A stretch of DNA of 39,144 nucleotides from Nitrospirota bacterium (GCA_040754455.1 JBFMCP010000031.1:1-39144); one strand, 5' to 3'. Counted from the first letter of the stretch, positions 27,474 through 37,691 are shown. Notes: a model not told the origin generated them from the sequence alone. Translations and numbers: made by a program.

Positions 27474-28018
27474 AATCCTATTGAAAGCATCAAATACTGC
27501 GTATTAACGCCTTCGTTCCCCTTGTAAAGGTGGCCGTTCGAGAGATGCCGTAGCCGGTATGCTATCCTCATTGGCCTCTTATTGTAGAACACCTCAATAC
27601 CTGCCCCTCCCATGGCACTGAAAAGAAAGGGGCCATTCAGTTCCCTTCCGTCCACCCTTTTTCTGCTCGAATAATTGATGCCGCCGCCGATTTCGGCAAA
27701 CGGCCGTATGCCTGCTCTCTGCCACGTGGCCCTGAAAAAAGGGGCAACCCCACCGATAAAGGTAACTCTGCCGTGGTATTCGATAAATTCCAGATCGCCT
27801 TCGAGACCGAAGCGTATCATCTTCGCGCCTTTCATCGGAAAGGAAAGGGCAGAGACGAAGAGAACCTGATTGGTATTGATACCGTTGAGATTGATCCCCC
27901 CTCCGACAGCCACCTCAAAAAGGCCCTGCTCATCAGCGGCGAATCCTCTATCCGGACAGGAGAAAAGCAACAATACGCCGATGAGCAGCAACCAGCAATG
28001 GACAGCACGCGTTCCCAT
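27470..28018 (-). CDS. PagL-like acyloxyacyl hydrolase (lipid A 3-O-deacylase family)
   Basis: Signal peptide, PFAEIGGG, RHLSNG...NEGVN motif, terminal Phe; GGAGG before ATG. Confidence 0.8.
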   Translation of the reverse strand: MGTRAVHCWLLLIGVLLLFSCPDRGFAADEQGLFEVAVGGGINLNGINTNQVLFVSALSFPMKGAKMIRFGLEGDLEFIEYHGRVTFIGGVAPFFRATWQRAGIRPFAEIGGGINYSSRKRVDGRELNGPFLFSAMGGAGIEVFYNKRPMRIAYRLRHLSNGHLYKGNEGVNTQYLMLSIGF

Positions 28019-28103
28019 ACTCGCCTCCTGTAGTACAGTGGAATGATCGACGGCATCGGCAGGGCACGTTGTTCCTTTTACAAGTGTAGCGTATTTTTGA
28101 AGC

Positions 28104-28207
28104 AACCCCCAAATCCCGAATTCCAGACGCCAAACAAACAGAAAAACTCCAAACACAGAGGAACAGTTTTTTTTGGGGAAATTGGTTTTTGGAATTTGGA
28201 AATTTGA
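28104..28207. repeat. Heptamer-built palindromic element, copy 1
   Basis: AACCCCC AAATCCC GAATTCC AGACGCC ... GGAATTT GGAAATTT; core shared with 33640-33763. Confidence 0.8.
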
Positions 28208-28212
28208 ATATA

Positions 28213-29742
28213 TTAGTGCATTCCGGCAGGTGCGCCGCCCTTCCCTTTCCTCATGAGGAGAACGAGCGGGAGAATACTGATCATAATGAAGCTCACCATA
28301 AAGAATGCATCATTGAACGACAGCATGGATGCCTGCCTGAGTAGCTCACGGTAGATGATCCCGAGGGCACCCTGCTCCGACAGAATACCACCGACGCCCC
28401 TGTCCTCGAGCAGCCGTGCACTCTGCTGCACGGCGGCCTGGTAGGTGATATCATACGGCGTCAGGTGCTCGACGAGGCGTGTCTGGTGGAACTGGGCACG
28501 ACGCGCGAGCATGGTGGTGACAAAGGCGACGCCGAAACTGCCGCCGAGATTTCTGAGGAGGTTGTATATGGCAGTCGCATTTCCCATGTGCTCTCTTCTA
28601 ATCGTCGAAAGAGTAAGCGTCGTAAGCGGTATAAAAAGGAACCCCATGCCCACACCCAACACCACCCTCGGCCATATCAAGGTTGCAAAATCGGCAGAGA
28701 GACTGAATCGTGACATGAGATATGCTGAGTACGCTGAGACAACAATACCGAACGCCAGCAGCCCTTTCGGATTGACCTTGTTCACCAGCCTCCCCGCTAT
28801 CGGCATGGCAAGCAGCGTCGCCATGCCGCCGGGCCCGAGCACCATTCCCGCGAGTGTGGCGTTATAGCCCATGAGAGTTTGAAGATAAATGGGCAGAAGA
28901 ACAATGGTGGCAAAGAGACAGAAAAAGGCGAAGAACATGACCACATTTCCGGTGCTGAAGGAAAGATTCCTGAATGTCCTGAGATCGACTACCGGATGCC
29001 CGGCATACATTTCAACAACGATAAACAGGATTAATGAGATCGCGGATATAATACTCATCCAGGTAATAAAGGGAGAGGAAAACCAGTTCTCCTGCTGTCC
29101 CTTATCGAGAACGATCTGGAGAGACCCGAGCCCCACTGCAAGCAGCGCGAGCCCCCCGTAATCGATGCTCATTTTCTCTCTCTTCAAATAGGGCGGATCG
29201 GAGATAACGAATATCGTCATCAAGATGGAGATGATGCCGATCGGGACATTGACATAGAATATCCAGTGCCACGACCAGTTGTCGGTGATCCATCCGCCCA
29301 GCAGAGGACCGATAATGGGACCGAACATGATCCCGACCCCGAACACCGCCATTGCCATCCCGTGCTGACGGGGTGGAAACGACTCCAAGAGAATTGACTG
29401 AGAAATCGGCTGCAGCGCGCCGCCGCCGATGCCCTGGAGGACCCTGAAGACGATGAGGCTCTGGAGGCTCCATGCAGCACCGCAGAGAAACGAGCTGACA
29501 GTAAAGAGCGCTATCGAGAATATCAGATACCGCTTCCTACCGAACATCCTGCTCAGCCATCCGGTGAGTGGAATTATGATTGCATTCGAGACAAGATACG
29601 AGGTGATCGTCCATGTTGACTCATCGATGCCGGCGGAGAGGCTCCCCCGGATATGATCAAGCGCAACGTTGACCACCGAGGTGTCGACAATCTCGATGAG
29701 CGTGGGAAGCATGACGGTCAATGCAATGATCCATTTATTCAT
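28213..29742 (-). CDS. emrB: DHA2-family MFS efflux pump (EmrB/QacA)
   Basis: DTSVVNVAL, WTITSYLV, FRVLQGIGGG, GPLLGGWITDNWSWHWIFYVNVPIG. Confidence 0.93.
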   Translation of the reverse strand: MNKWIIALTVMLPTLIEIVDTSVVNVALDHIRGSLSAGIDESTWTITSYLVSNAIIIPLTGWLSRMFGRKRYLIFSIALFTVSSFLCGAAWSLQSLIVFRVLQGIGGGALQPISQSILLESFPPRQHGMAMAVFGVGIMFGPIIGPLLGGWITDNWSWHWIFYVNVPIGIISILMTIFVISDPPYLKREKMSIDYGGLALLAVGLGSLQIVLDKGQQENWFSSPFITWMSIISAISLILFIVVEMYAGHPVVDLRTFRNLSFSTGNVVMFFAFFCLFATIVLLPIYLQTLMGYNATLAGMVLGPGGMATLLAMPIAGRLVNKVNPKGLLAFGIVVSAYSAYLMSRFSLSADFATLIWPRVVLGVGMGFLFIPLTTLTLSTIRREHMGNATAIYNLLRNLGGSFGVAFVTTMLARRAQFHQTRLVEHLTPYDITYQAAVQQSARLLEDRGVGGILSEQGALGIIYRELLRQASMLSFNDAFFMVSFIMISILPLVLLMRKGKGGAPAGMH

Positions 29743-29762
29743 TAAAAAAAACCTCGAAAAAG

Positions 29763-29830
29763 AGCGGTCAGCAATCAGCATAAAGCCCAAATAAAAAAAG
29801 CTGATCGCTGATGGCTTAATGCTGACCGCT
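29763..29830. repeat. Heptamer-built palindromic element (AGCAATC type)
   Basis: AGCGGTCAGCA / TGCTGACCGCT 11-bp IR; GCTGATC GCTGATG GCTTAAT GCTGACC. Confidence 0.75.
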
Positions 29831-29835
29831 GCCTT

Positions 29836-30936
29836 CTAGTCTTCCACCATCACCGTCGGCTCGACCGACATGCCGATGCGCAACACATGTTGGGGATCGG
29901 TGCCCTTGTCGAGGAGTATTTTTACCGGGATCCGCTGCACGACCTTTACGAAGTTTCCCGTGGCATTCTCCGGCGGAAAGAGGGAGAACACTGCTCCGGT
30001 TCCTGCCATGATGCTGTCGACGGTTCCCTTGAATTTCTTTCCCGGATAGGTATCGACCTCGATCTCGACCTTCTGACCAGGTCTTATCTTCCGCAGCTGC
30101 GTCTCTTTGTAATTCGCAACGACCCAAACGTCTCGAAGCGATGCGACTGCCATCAGAGGCTGTCCCGCCTGTATCTGATTACCGACCTCCACCGACTTTC
30201 TGGTGATGTACCCTTCGGCTGGGGCATAAACACGGGTGTATTCATAATTGAGCTGCGCTGCCTGTACTCTAGCTTCCGACTGGTTGATGTTTGAAGATTG
30301 GGCGGCCATAGATGCTTCCAACTGCCGTAGTACCGCCCTCTGGCTCTCGACCGCCATCTCCGCCTGTTTCACCTGCTCCCGTGCTGCTGTAACCTGCGCG
30401 TGCTCAACTTCGTGGGCGGTTTTTGTCTTTTCATAACGCTCTCTGGAGATAGCATCTTTCCGGTAAAGATTTTCCGCCCTCTTCACATCCCGCGAAACCT
30501 GCTCGAGGGTTGCCTGCCTGAGCTGCAGGTTTGCCTGTGCTGTTCCGACAGCAGCCCTCAGTTCCGCAAGTTGTCTTTTTGCCGCCTCGATTCTCGCCCC
30601 GATCTCTGCAAGTTTCGCCCGTTCCCCATTCAAATCCGAGGTCTGCTCCTTTAATCGCACCTCATAATCTCTGGTATCGATCTCGAGAAGCAGGTCGCCC
30701 TTTTTTACCGGCTGATTATCCCTGACATAGATCATCTTGACCGTGCCCGGCACTTTCGACGCGACGATGTGAATGTCTCCCTCAATAAAGGCATCGTCGG
30801 TGCTGATATGGGTAGCCTTATAGCCGAGATAGAAATAAAGCACCACGCCGCCGATAAAGCCGATCAAGGCAAAAACCATCAGTGCAATTTTCTTCTTTTT
30901 TCCGTTATCGTTATTGATCTCTTTATTCTCTTCCAT
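29836..30936 (-). CDS. emrA: EmrA/HlyD-family adaptor
   Basis: STDDAFI, ANYKETQL, PPENATGNFVKVVQRIPV. Confidence 0.93.
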   Translation of the reverse strand: MEENKEINNDNGKKKKIALMVFALIGFIGGVVLYFYLGYKATHISTDDAFIEGDIHIVASKVPGTVKMIYVRDNQPVKKGDLLLEIDTRDYEVRLKEQTSDLNGERAKLAEIGARIEAAKRQLAELRAAVGTAQANLQLRQATLEQVSRDVKRAENLYRKDAISRERYEKTKTAHEVEHAQVTAAREQVKQAEMAVESQRAVLRQLEASMAAQSSNINQSEARVQAAQLNYEYTRVYAPAEGYITRKSVEVGNQIQAGQPLMAVASLRDVWVVANYKETQLRKIRPGQKVEIEVDTYPGKKFKGTVDSIMAGTGAVFSLFPPENATGNFVKVVQRIPVKILLDKGTDPQHVLRIGMSVEPTVMVED

Positions 30937-30969
30937 GTGTCAGCTTCCCTCCGCTATAAAAACCTTAAC

Positions 30970-30992
30970 CACAGAGGCCACAGAGACACAGA
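30970..30992. repeat. Short CACAGAG tandem repeat
   Basis: CACAGAG at 30970 and 30979, CACAGA at 30987. Confidence 0.6.
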
Positions 30993-31016
30993 ATCCTTTT
31001 ATGAAAGATTCGTTTC

Positions 31017-32372
31017 TCATTGCCTGCCTCCCATTGCCTTTTCCAGGTTCGCCTGCGCGACGTTATAATCATACAGTGCACCGTTATACGCTGTTTTCGC
31101 ATTGCTGTATGCTGTCAGCGCATCGGTGACCTCAACGGGATTGCCGACGCCGGCATCATACCTGCCGTTGGCGATTTCAAGGTTCTCCGCTGCCTGACGC
31201 ACCGTAAGCTCTGCCGTAGCGATCCGCTCTTCCGCCTCTCTCAGGTTCAGATAGGCCTGCTGTATCTCGAGCAGGATGAGCTGCCGCAGGGACTGCTCGT
31301 TCGCCTTGACGATGCTAAGGGTTGCCCTCGCCTCTTCCACCTGATAGCGCGTGAAAAACCCGCTGAAGAGCGGGAAGGAAACCGTGGCACCTACATTCCA
31401 GACCTCCCCCAGAGGCGTCCGCTCCCCTGCCACCGTATAGGAAGCGTTGCCGGTGATGGTCGGATAGTAGCCTTTGCGAGCGAGCTCTATGGACTGCTCT
31501 GCGGCCTTCCCCTGAAAGAGCGTCGACTTGAGGTCCGGCCTGTTGGCATAGGCACGTGCAATGGCATTGTCGAAAGTTATCTCGTATTTCTGGAAAGAGA
31601 GAGTATCCTCGATGACAAATTCAGGGGCCGTGGGAATCCCCATGGCATTTTTGAGCGTCACCCATGCGATGCGGTAGCTGTTCTCCGCCCGTATCTGGTC
31701 GAGCCGCGCAGTACTCAGATCGACCTCCGCTTTAGTTACATCAAATTTAGGTCTCAAGCCTACCTCAAAAAAGCCCCGCGCCTGTTCCAGGTGCTGCTCG
31801 AATTGCCGTACTATTTCCCGTGCGACCTCGCTGTTCCTCTTTGCGCGCAGCACACCATAATAGGACTCCCGCACGTTCAGAATGATCTGGTCGGTAACAT
31901 CCTTTAAATCCATGCGAGATGCATCGAGATTGAAGCGCTGCACCTTTACCTGAGTCGAGGTCTTGCCGAAATCATAGAGATTCTGCCGGAGCGCAGCGCT
32001 GCTTGTAAATTCGGAATTCCGGCTGGTCGATGCTCTTGAGCCCGAATTTGAATCAAAAGAAGAGGTGCTGTAGCCCGCCGACAGATCGATCTGCGGGTAG
32101 TAGGAAGCAGCGGCCTGCCCCACCCTGCTCCGCACCGCCTCTACCGAACCGTCTGCCGCAACAATCGCCGGATGGTTCCGGAGGGCGATCGCAACACACT
32201 GCTCAAGGGTAAGCAGCTCACCTTGCCGCACCACTTCTGCACCAGTGCTCTTTGCCACCCCACCTGCAATACTACCCGCAAGTGGAATATCCTGGCCGCT
32301 CACCATACCTGCCGCCACTATGATTGCCAGCAACTGGATAACAAAAAAAAGTCTGCTACTCATATACAACAT
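31017..32372 (-). CDS. TolC-family outer membrane efflux protein
   Basis: LTLEQCVAIALRNHP, YYPQI, NRPDL, RYDAGVGN. Confidence 0.92.
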   Translation of the reverse strand: MLYMSSRLFFVIQLLAIIVAAGMVSGQDIPLAGSIAGGVAKSTGAEVVRQGELLTLEQCVAIALRNHPAIVAADGSVEAVRSRVGQAAASYYPQIDLSAGYSTSSFDSNSGSRASTSRNSEFTSSAALRQNLYDFGKTSTQVKVQRFNLDASRMDLKDVTDQIILNVRESYYGVLRAKRNSEVAREIVRQFEQHLEQARGFFEVGLRPKFDVTKAEVDLSTARLDQIRAENSYRIAWVTLKNAMGIPTAPEFVIEDTLSFQKYEITFDNAIARAYANRPDLKSTLFQGKAAEQSIELARKGYYPTITGNASYTVAGERTPLGEVWNVGATVSFPLFSGFFTRYQVEEARATLSIVKANEQSLRQLILLEIQQAYLNLREAEERIATAELTVRQAAENLEIANGRYDAGVGNPVEVTDALTAYSNAKTAYNGALYDYNVAQANLEKAMGGRQ

Positions 32373-32404
32373 CCTTTCTGTTATTTTCGCAGTGATATAA
32401 AAAA

Positions 32405-33634
32405 CTACTCATAGCGCAACGCCTCTATCGGATTGAGAAGTGATGCTTTATAGGCAGGGTAAAACCCGAAGAATATCCCGACAAATCCGGAAAAGCTAAA
32501 GGCGAGAATAATCGAGAGCAGCGAAACCGTTGTCGGCCACCCCGCGAACATCGACAGGAGCTCGGAGCCCGCAAGTCCGATGATGATGCCGAAAATACCG
32601 CCGACCAATGAGAGCGTGAGGGCCTCGATGAGAAATTGGAGTCTGATATCCCACGTTCGCGCCCCGATCGCCATGCGGATGCCTATCTCCCTTGTCCTTT
32701 CCGTAACGGAGACGAGCATGATATTCATGATGCCAATTCCACCGACGATCAGCGATACTGAGGCAATCGCCCCGAGCAGGATCGTCATGACCTTTGTCGA
32801 CTGCTCCTGCGTCTGCATCATCTGCGTGAGATTCCGCACCGTAAAATCGCTATCCTGTTTTGCTCCGATGCGATGCCGCTGCCTGAGCAGGTCCGTTATC
32901 TGCCGTTCAGCAGTATACAGCTCATCACCGCTTTTAGCCTTTACCATGATGATCCTCACCATTCCCGGAAACGAAGTGCCGAAGAGCTTCTTCTGCGCCG
33001 TTGTCACCGGGATGTAAATGACGTCATCCTGGTCCTGCCCGTTCGGTGACTGCCCTTTCCTGTCGAGCACGCCGATTACTGTAAAGGGAACGTTTTTGAT
33101 CCTGATAATCTGCCCGATGGGGTCGGAATCACCGAAGAGATTATCGACTACCGTTTGCCCCAGCAGGCAGACCTTTGCCGCACTCCGCACGTCATCACTG
33201 GTGAATATCCTTCCCGCAATGAGAGGCCAGTCCTTCACCTGCAGCATGTCCGGCGTCGTGCCTGTTATGCCCGTGGACCAGTTCTGGCTTCCGGAGACCA
33301 CCTGGGCGACCCCGCTGAGGACCGGAGCAACATGCTGAACAGCAGGGCACTCCCGCTGTATGGCCTCTGCGTCGGACATGGAGAGCGTGGCCTGCGTCCC
33401 CGCTCCCATCCTTACGCCGCCGGACGTCGTGGCACCGGGAAGTATCATGAGCAGGTTGCTTCCCATGCTCGAGATCTGCTCTGTTATTCGCTGACGCGCG
33501 CCCGATCCCACCGCGAGCATGGCAATAACCGCGCCGACGCCGATGACGATTCCCAGCATCGTGAGCGAAGAGCGCATCTTGTTCACCATGAGCGATCTGA
33601 ATGAAATTCGTATCGTTGAGGGAATATCGATCAT
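32405..33634 (-). CDS. ABC permease, MacB type
   Basis: NKMRSSLTMLGIVIG, GGIGIMNIMLVSVTERTREIGIR, NPIEALRYE. Confidence 0.95.
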   Translation of the reverse strand: MIDIPSTIRISFRSLMVNKMRSSLTMLGIVIGVGAVIAMLAVGSGARQRITEQISSMGSNLLMILPGATTSGGVRMGAGTQATLSMSDAEAIQRECPAVQHVAPVLSGVAQVVSGSQNWSTGITGTTPDMLQVKDWPLIAGRIFTSDDVRSAAKVCLLGQTVVDNLFGDSDPIGQIIRIKNVPFTVIGVLDRKGQSPNGQDQDDVIYIPVTTAQKKLFGTSFPGMVRIIMVKAKSGDELYTAERQITDLLRQRHRIGAKQDSDFTVRNLTQMMQTQEQSTKVMTILLGAIASVSLIVGGIGIMNIMLVSVTERTREIGIRMAIGARTWDIRLQFLIEALTLSLVGGIFGIIIGLAGSELLSMFAGWPTTVSLLSIILAFSFSGFVGIFFGFYPAYKASLLNPIEALRYE

Positions 33635-33639
33635 ACAAC

Positions 33640-33763
33640 AACCCCCAATCCCCAAACTCCAAATCCCACAATCCAAACAAACGGAAAAGCTCCAAACTCA
33701 AAACACAGAGGAGCAGTTCTTTTTGAATTTTGATTTTTGGAATTTGTTTGGAATTTGGAGTTT
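33640..33763. repeat. Heptamer-built palindromic element, copy 2
   Basis: AACCCCC AATCCCC AAACTCC AAATCCC ACAATCC ... GGAATTT GGAGTTT. Confidence 0.8.
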
Positions 33764-34459
33764 TTATTCATGATAGTTCATCTTTTCGTCACTCATAATC
33801 CGTCCATCAAGAAATCTGATCACACGTTTGCTATACGCAGCAATATCGGGCTCGTGGGTTACAAGAATCACGGTAATATTCGATTCAGTATTCAGTTTTA
33901 CGAAAAGCTCCATGATCTCGACGCTCGTCCTGGTATCGAGGTTGCCCGTCGGCTCATCGGCAAAGATAAGGGGCGCCTTGTTTACAATGGAGCGCGCTAT
34001 GGCGACCCGCTGCTGCTGTCCGCCCGACAACTGATTCGTATAGTGATGTTCCCTGCCGGCAAGTCCTATCACCTTCAACGCCTCCATCGCCCGCTGCTGC
34101 CGTTCTTTCGGCGGGACCCCGCTGTAGAGCATCGGCAGCTCTACGTTTTCGAGCGCAGATGTCCTCCTGAGCAGGTTGAACCCCTGAAAGACGAAACCTA
34201 TCTTAGTGTTCCGTATCACTGCAAGCTCGTCGCGGCTGAGGTGCGCCACATCTTCGCCGTCAAGCAGATAGCGTCCGCTCGTCGGCGTATCGAGGCAACC
34301 GAGGATATTCATAAAAGTGGATTTGCCCGACCCCGACGGGCCCATTATCGCAATAAACTCACCCTTATCTATCCTGAGTGAGACATCACTGAGCGCATTG
34401 ACCGTAACATCGCCCGTCCGGTACACCTTCGAAATATTCTGCACTTCTATAAACGCCAT
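33764..34459 (-). CDS. ABC ATP-binding protein, MacB type
   Basis: [31 protein letters not shown]. Confidence 0.95.
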   Translation of the reverse strand: MAFIEVQNISKVYRTGDVTVNALSDVSLRIDKGEFIAIMGPSGSGKSTFMNILGCLDTPTSGRYLLDGEDVAHLSRDELAVIRNTKIGFVFQGFNLLRRTSALENVELPMLYSGVPPKERQQRAMEALKVIGLAGREHHYTNQLSGGQQQRVAIARSIVNKAPLIFADEPTGNLDTRTSVEIMELFVKLNTESNITVILVTHEPDIAAYSKRVIRFLDGRIMSDEKMNYHE

Positions 34460-34460
34460 G

Positions 34461-35642
34461 CTAAAACATTCTCGGCCCGGCCGGTGCAGAGGACTTCCCT
34501 TTCTGCTTCGTGAGGGATTCCACAATCACTTCCTGCCCCTCCCGCAGATCTCCGGACACCAGCTCGGTATAGTTCCCGTCACTGATACCGGTGGCGACCG
34601 TGACCCGTTTCGGCCTCTTATCCTCAAATATCCATATTCCCCTGCCCTTGTCCTTCAGTGTCGATTTCAGCTCAGGGGCGTCCTTGCGTCCGTCAGGCAG
34701 CTTGAACCGTAATGCCGCATTGGGAATCTTGAGGACATCCTTTTTGCTGGACACGACAATCGAAAGATTCGCGGTCATACCGGGCTTCAACCTGAGCTCG
34801 GGATTGTCGACCTTGACGACAACATCATAGGTCACCACATTCTGAACGGTTATAGGGGCATTCCTCACCTCGGCGACACGGCCCTTGAAGACAAGATCGG
34901 GGTACGCGTCCACGGTAAAATCAACGGGCTGCCCCACGCTCACCCGTCCAATATCGGCCTCTGCGACATTGCTGTCGATCTGCATCTTTGTCAAATCCTT
35001 TGCTATGGTGAACAGTGTGGGGGTCTGGAAGCTTGCTGCGACAGTCTGCCCTACATCCACATTCCTCGATACAACAATGCCGTCCACGGGTGAGATGATT
35101 CTCGTATACCGCAGATTGATTTCGGCTATCCTCAGCGCAGCCTCCGCCTGGGCCACCTGCGCCCGCGCCGCGCTCACCTGGGCCTTTGCCGTCTCATAGT
35201 TCGTCTCTGCAGTATCCACATCGCTGCGTGCAATAAAATGGCGTGCAAAGAGCTCCTTGTTTCTCTCCATCGTCCTTTTTGCATCAACACGCGTAGCCTC
35301 GGCTTTGTCCAGATTCGCGCGTGCAGAAAGGAGATTCGCCCTCGCCTGGGCGACCTGCGCCTCAAAGGTGGCGGGGTCGATCTGTGCGATCAACTGCCCT
35401 TTCTTGACCGGCGAATTGAAGTCCACATAGATATTCTTGATCGTCCCGGAAACCTGGGTGCCTACAAGAACCGTCGTTACCGCATTCACTGTTCCTGTGG
35501 CGGTAACAGCCGATTCTATAGTGCCCCTGGTGATCGCTTCAGTCCTGAATTTTATTCCGTTTTCCTTGCTCCTCAACAGCGCCAATGCGCCGAAGCCAAT
35601 GACCGCAATTATAATACTCATCATTATGAGCTTTTTCATCAT
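34461..35642 (-). CDS. MacA-like periplasmic adaptor
   Basis: VLVGTQVSGTI, GQTVAASFQTPTLF, EADIGRV, LKPGMTA. Confidence 0.93.
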   Translation of the reverse strand: MMKKLIMMSIIIAVIGFGALALLRSKENGIKFRTEAITRGTIESAVTATGTVNAVTTVLVGTQVSGTIKNIYVDFNSPVKKGQLIAQIDPATFEAQVAQARANLLSARANLDKAEATRVDAKRTMERNKELFARHFIARSDVDTAETNYETAKAQVSAARAQVAQAEAALRIAEINLRYTRIISPVDGIVVSRNVDVGQTVAASFQTPTLFTIAKDLTKMQIDSNVAEADIGRVSVGQPVDFTVDAYPDLVFKGRVAEVRNAPITVQNVVTYDVVVKVDNPELRLKPGMTANLSIVVSSKKDVLKIPNAALRFKLPDGRKDAPELKSTLKDKGRGIWIFEDKRPKRVTVATGISDGNYTELVSGDLREGQEVIVESLTKQKGKSSAPAGPRMF

Positions 35643-35720
35643 CGCCTTCACAACTCCTCTCCCTGATATCTCTCCCTCTTTCTGTAAACTCCACCCGCCG
35701 GTCAAACATGGCGCTTTCGT

Positions 35721-37052
35721 TTATCGATACGCAGCAACGAGATCCGTCCCCGTAGCGTACAGGAATGACGCATGGGCCCGTCTGAGCTCGTACAGGGCAC
35801 GGTAATAATTAGTTTCCGCCGTTGTCAGCAGCGTTATCGCATCAAGCACATCCGTCGAAGTGCCGATACCTTCCTGATACCGCAGTGCATCGATCCGCAG
35901 GCTCTCCTCGGCTTGACTGACCGCGTCCTTGGTAACGGCGATCCTCTCCCGGGCACTCTTCATATCAAGAAAGCTCCTCTCCACATCGAGCCTGATATCA
36001 TCGAGGAGCTTCTTTTTCTGCTCAACAAGCTGTTCCTTCCGGGAACGTATCTTCAACAGCTCGGCCTTTGTGCTGCCGCCGCTGAAGAGATTGACATTCA
36101 GACCGAGGACAAGCGCCCAGTTATCTTCATGGAGCTGGAAGCGGTTTTCGGTATAGCTGTACCCGCCTAGGGCAATGATCCTCGGGAAGTATTCGGACCT
36201 CCGGGCGACCTCCTCCAAACCCGCGATCGTTATCTCATCATCGAGCGCCTTCAACTCAACCCGCTGCTGTCCAGCAAGTTCCCATGCGGTGGCAAGGTCG
36301 ACCTCCGGAAGCACCTCGCCTTTGACATCAACCGCCTCTACCGGCCGCGTCAGAGGCCGTGAAAGAAGAGTATTGATCCTCGACGAGATCACCGCCCGCA
36401 GGTTCCGGACAGTGAGGAGCCGCTGCTGCGCATCAGAGCGTCGCACCTCCGCCTGGAGCAGATCGTTTTTTGTAATGACTCCCTCTTCGTAAAGACTCCG
36501 AGCGGTCGACAGATGGGATTCGAGCCGCTCCACCTCGCTCCGTGCGACGCGCTCCAGCTTTCCTGCCTCGAGGAGATCAAAGTAGGCAAGAATAAAATCG
36601 AGGGCCACAATGTTTTTCACCCGTTCGACATTGAGCGTTGCCGCATCGAGTGCCGTACGGGCAGCCTTATACTGTGCTGAACGGGCACCAAAGTCATATA
36701 TCGTCTGCTGCACCTCAATGCCGTAGGAGAAATACTGCTTTTCTGCAGTCCGGACAGGCTGGCCCCCGAAAAGTCGCGCACTAGGCTGGTAGGCAAGAAA
36801 GGTTTGGTCCAGGGAGGCATCGACACGCGGCAGATAGCGCGACCGGGCGATCAGGATATCGGCGTCGAAGATATCCTTTGCCCTCGATGCGATAGCGACA
36901 AGGCGGTTCCGTTCCGTAGCGGCTCTCAGCCCCTCACTGAGGGTCAGCACACCCGGCAGCTCTTCACCGGAGTTGTCCGATGCAAATGAGCACGTTGCAA
37001 TGAGCGTTACAAGGAGAACCCCTCCATAAAAAAGACTCTGCAGCCGGCTCAC
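35721..37052 (-). CDS. TolC-family outer membrane efflux protein
   Basis: Signal peptide, YLPRV, QTIYDFG, RYQEGIGTSTDVLDA. Confidence 0.9.
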   Translation of the reverse strand: MSRLQSLFYGGVLLVTLIATCSFASDNSGEELPGVLTLSEGLRAATERNRLVAIASRAKDIFDADILIARSRYLPRVDASLDQTFLAYQPSARLFGGQPVRTAEKQYFSYGIEVQQTIYDFGARSAQYKAARTALDAATLNVERVKNIVALDFILAYFDLLEAGKLERVARSEVERLESHLSTARSLYEEGVITKNDLLQAEVRRSDAQQRLLTVRNLRAVISSRINTLLSRPLTRPVEAVDVKGEVLPEVDLATAWELAGQQRVELKALDDEITIAGLEEVARRSEYFPRIIALGGYSYTENRFQLHEDNWALVLGLNVNLFSGGSTKAELLKIRSRKEQLVEQKKKLLDDIRLDVERSFLDMKSARERIAVTKDAVSQAEESLRIDALRYQEGIGTSTDVLDAITLLTTAETNYYRALYELRRAHASFLYATGTDLVAAYR

Positions 37053-37648
37053 TTCACGGTCCCCCGCATAAAGATATCAACAAACCCTTTTATCGTGGCA
37101 TCCACATCGACACTGCGGTATTTCCTGCGCATCATGATCTCATTCGCGTTGAAAAAGGAAAACAGCATTCCGAGATAGGCGCGTGCGGCAGTCTCGGGAT
37201 CGAACCTCCGCAGCGTTCCCTTGTTCTGCATCTCACTGAAGTAGGAGGCGAGTGCACGAAACATCTCATCAATGAACGTATGATAGACGGTGTGAATCTT
37301 CTCGGGGTAGCGCTGCATCTCGGCATGCATGATCTTGATGAGGTCTTTTCTCCGGTCGAGTGTCTCCAGGAACCGGCGGGCGATGACCGTCAATGCCTTC
37401 TCGTAGGCCATATCCCGCACCTCGGGAAGGATTCCTTTGAGGGTCGGCAAAAATGAATACGTATTGATGACCTCTTCGAAAAGCGCTTCCTTCGAGGGGA
37501 AATGCCGAAAGAGCGTCACCTCGGCAATACCCGCCTCTTTTGCGATTTCCCGGGTCGTTGCCCCGAGATATCCCTCCCGTGAAAAGAGCTTGAGGGCGGC
37601 ATCGAGGATCTTGTCCCTCGTTGATTGTAAATCCTCGGTGTGTTGCAT
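37049..37648 (-). CDS. TetR/AcrR-family regulator
   Basis: ILDAALKLF...GATTREIAKEAGIAEVTLFRHFPSKEAL. Confidence 0.95.
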   Translation of the reverse strand: MQHTEDLQSTRDKILDAALKLFSREGYLGATTREIAKEAGIAEVTLFRHFPSKEALFEEVINTYSFLPTLKGILPEVRDMAYEKALTVIARRFLETLDRRKDLIKIMHAEMQRYPEKIHTVYHTFIDEMFRALASYFSEMQNKGTLRRFDPETAARAYLGMLFSFFNANEIMMRRKYRSVDVDATIKGFVDIFMRGTVK

Positions 37649-37691
37649 ACAGCTCCTTTGACCGGGTACCGCTGATTGTTGCCGGCAATAT

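Noticed and set aside
28019..28156. N-terminal extensions in the ORF track (also 33635-33676, 29743-29790, 5004-5096)
   Set aside because: Better starts with SD lie downstream; the extensions translate repeat or UTR DNA.
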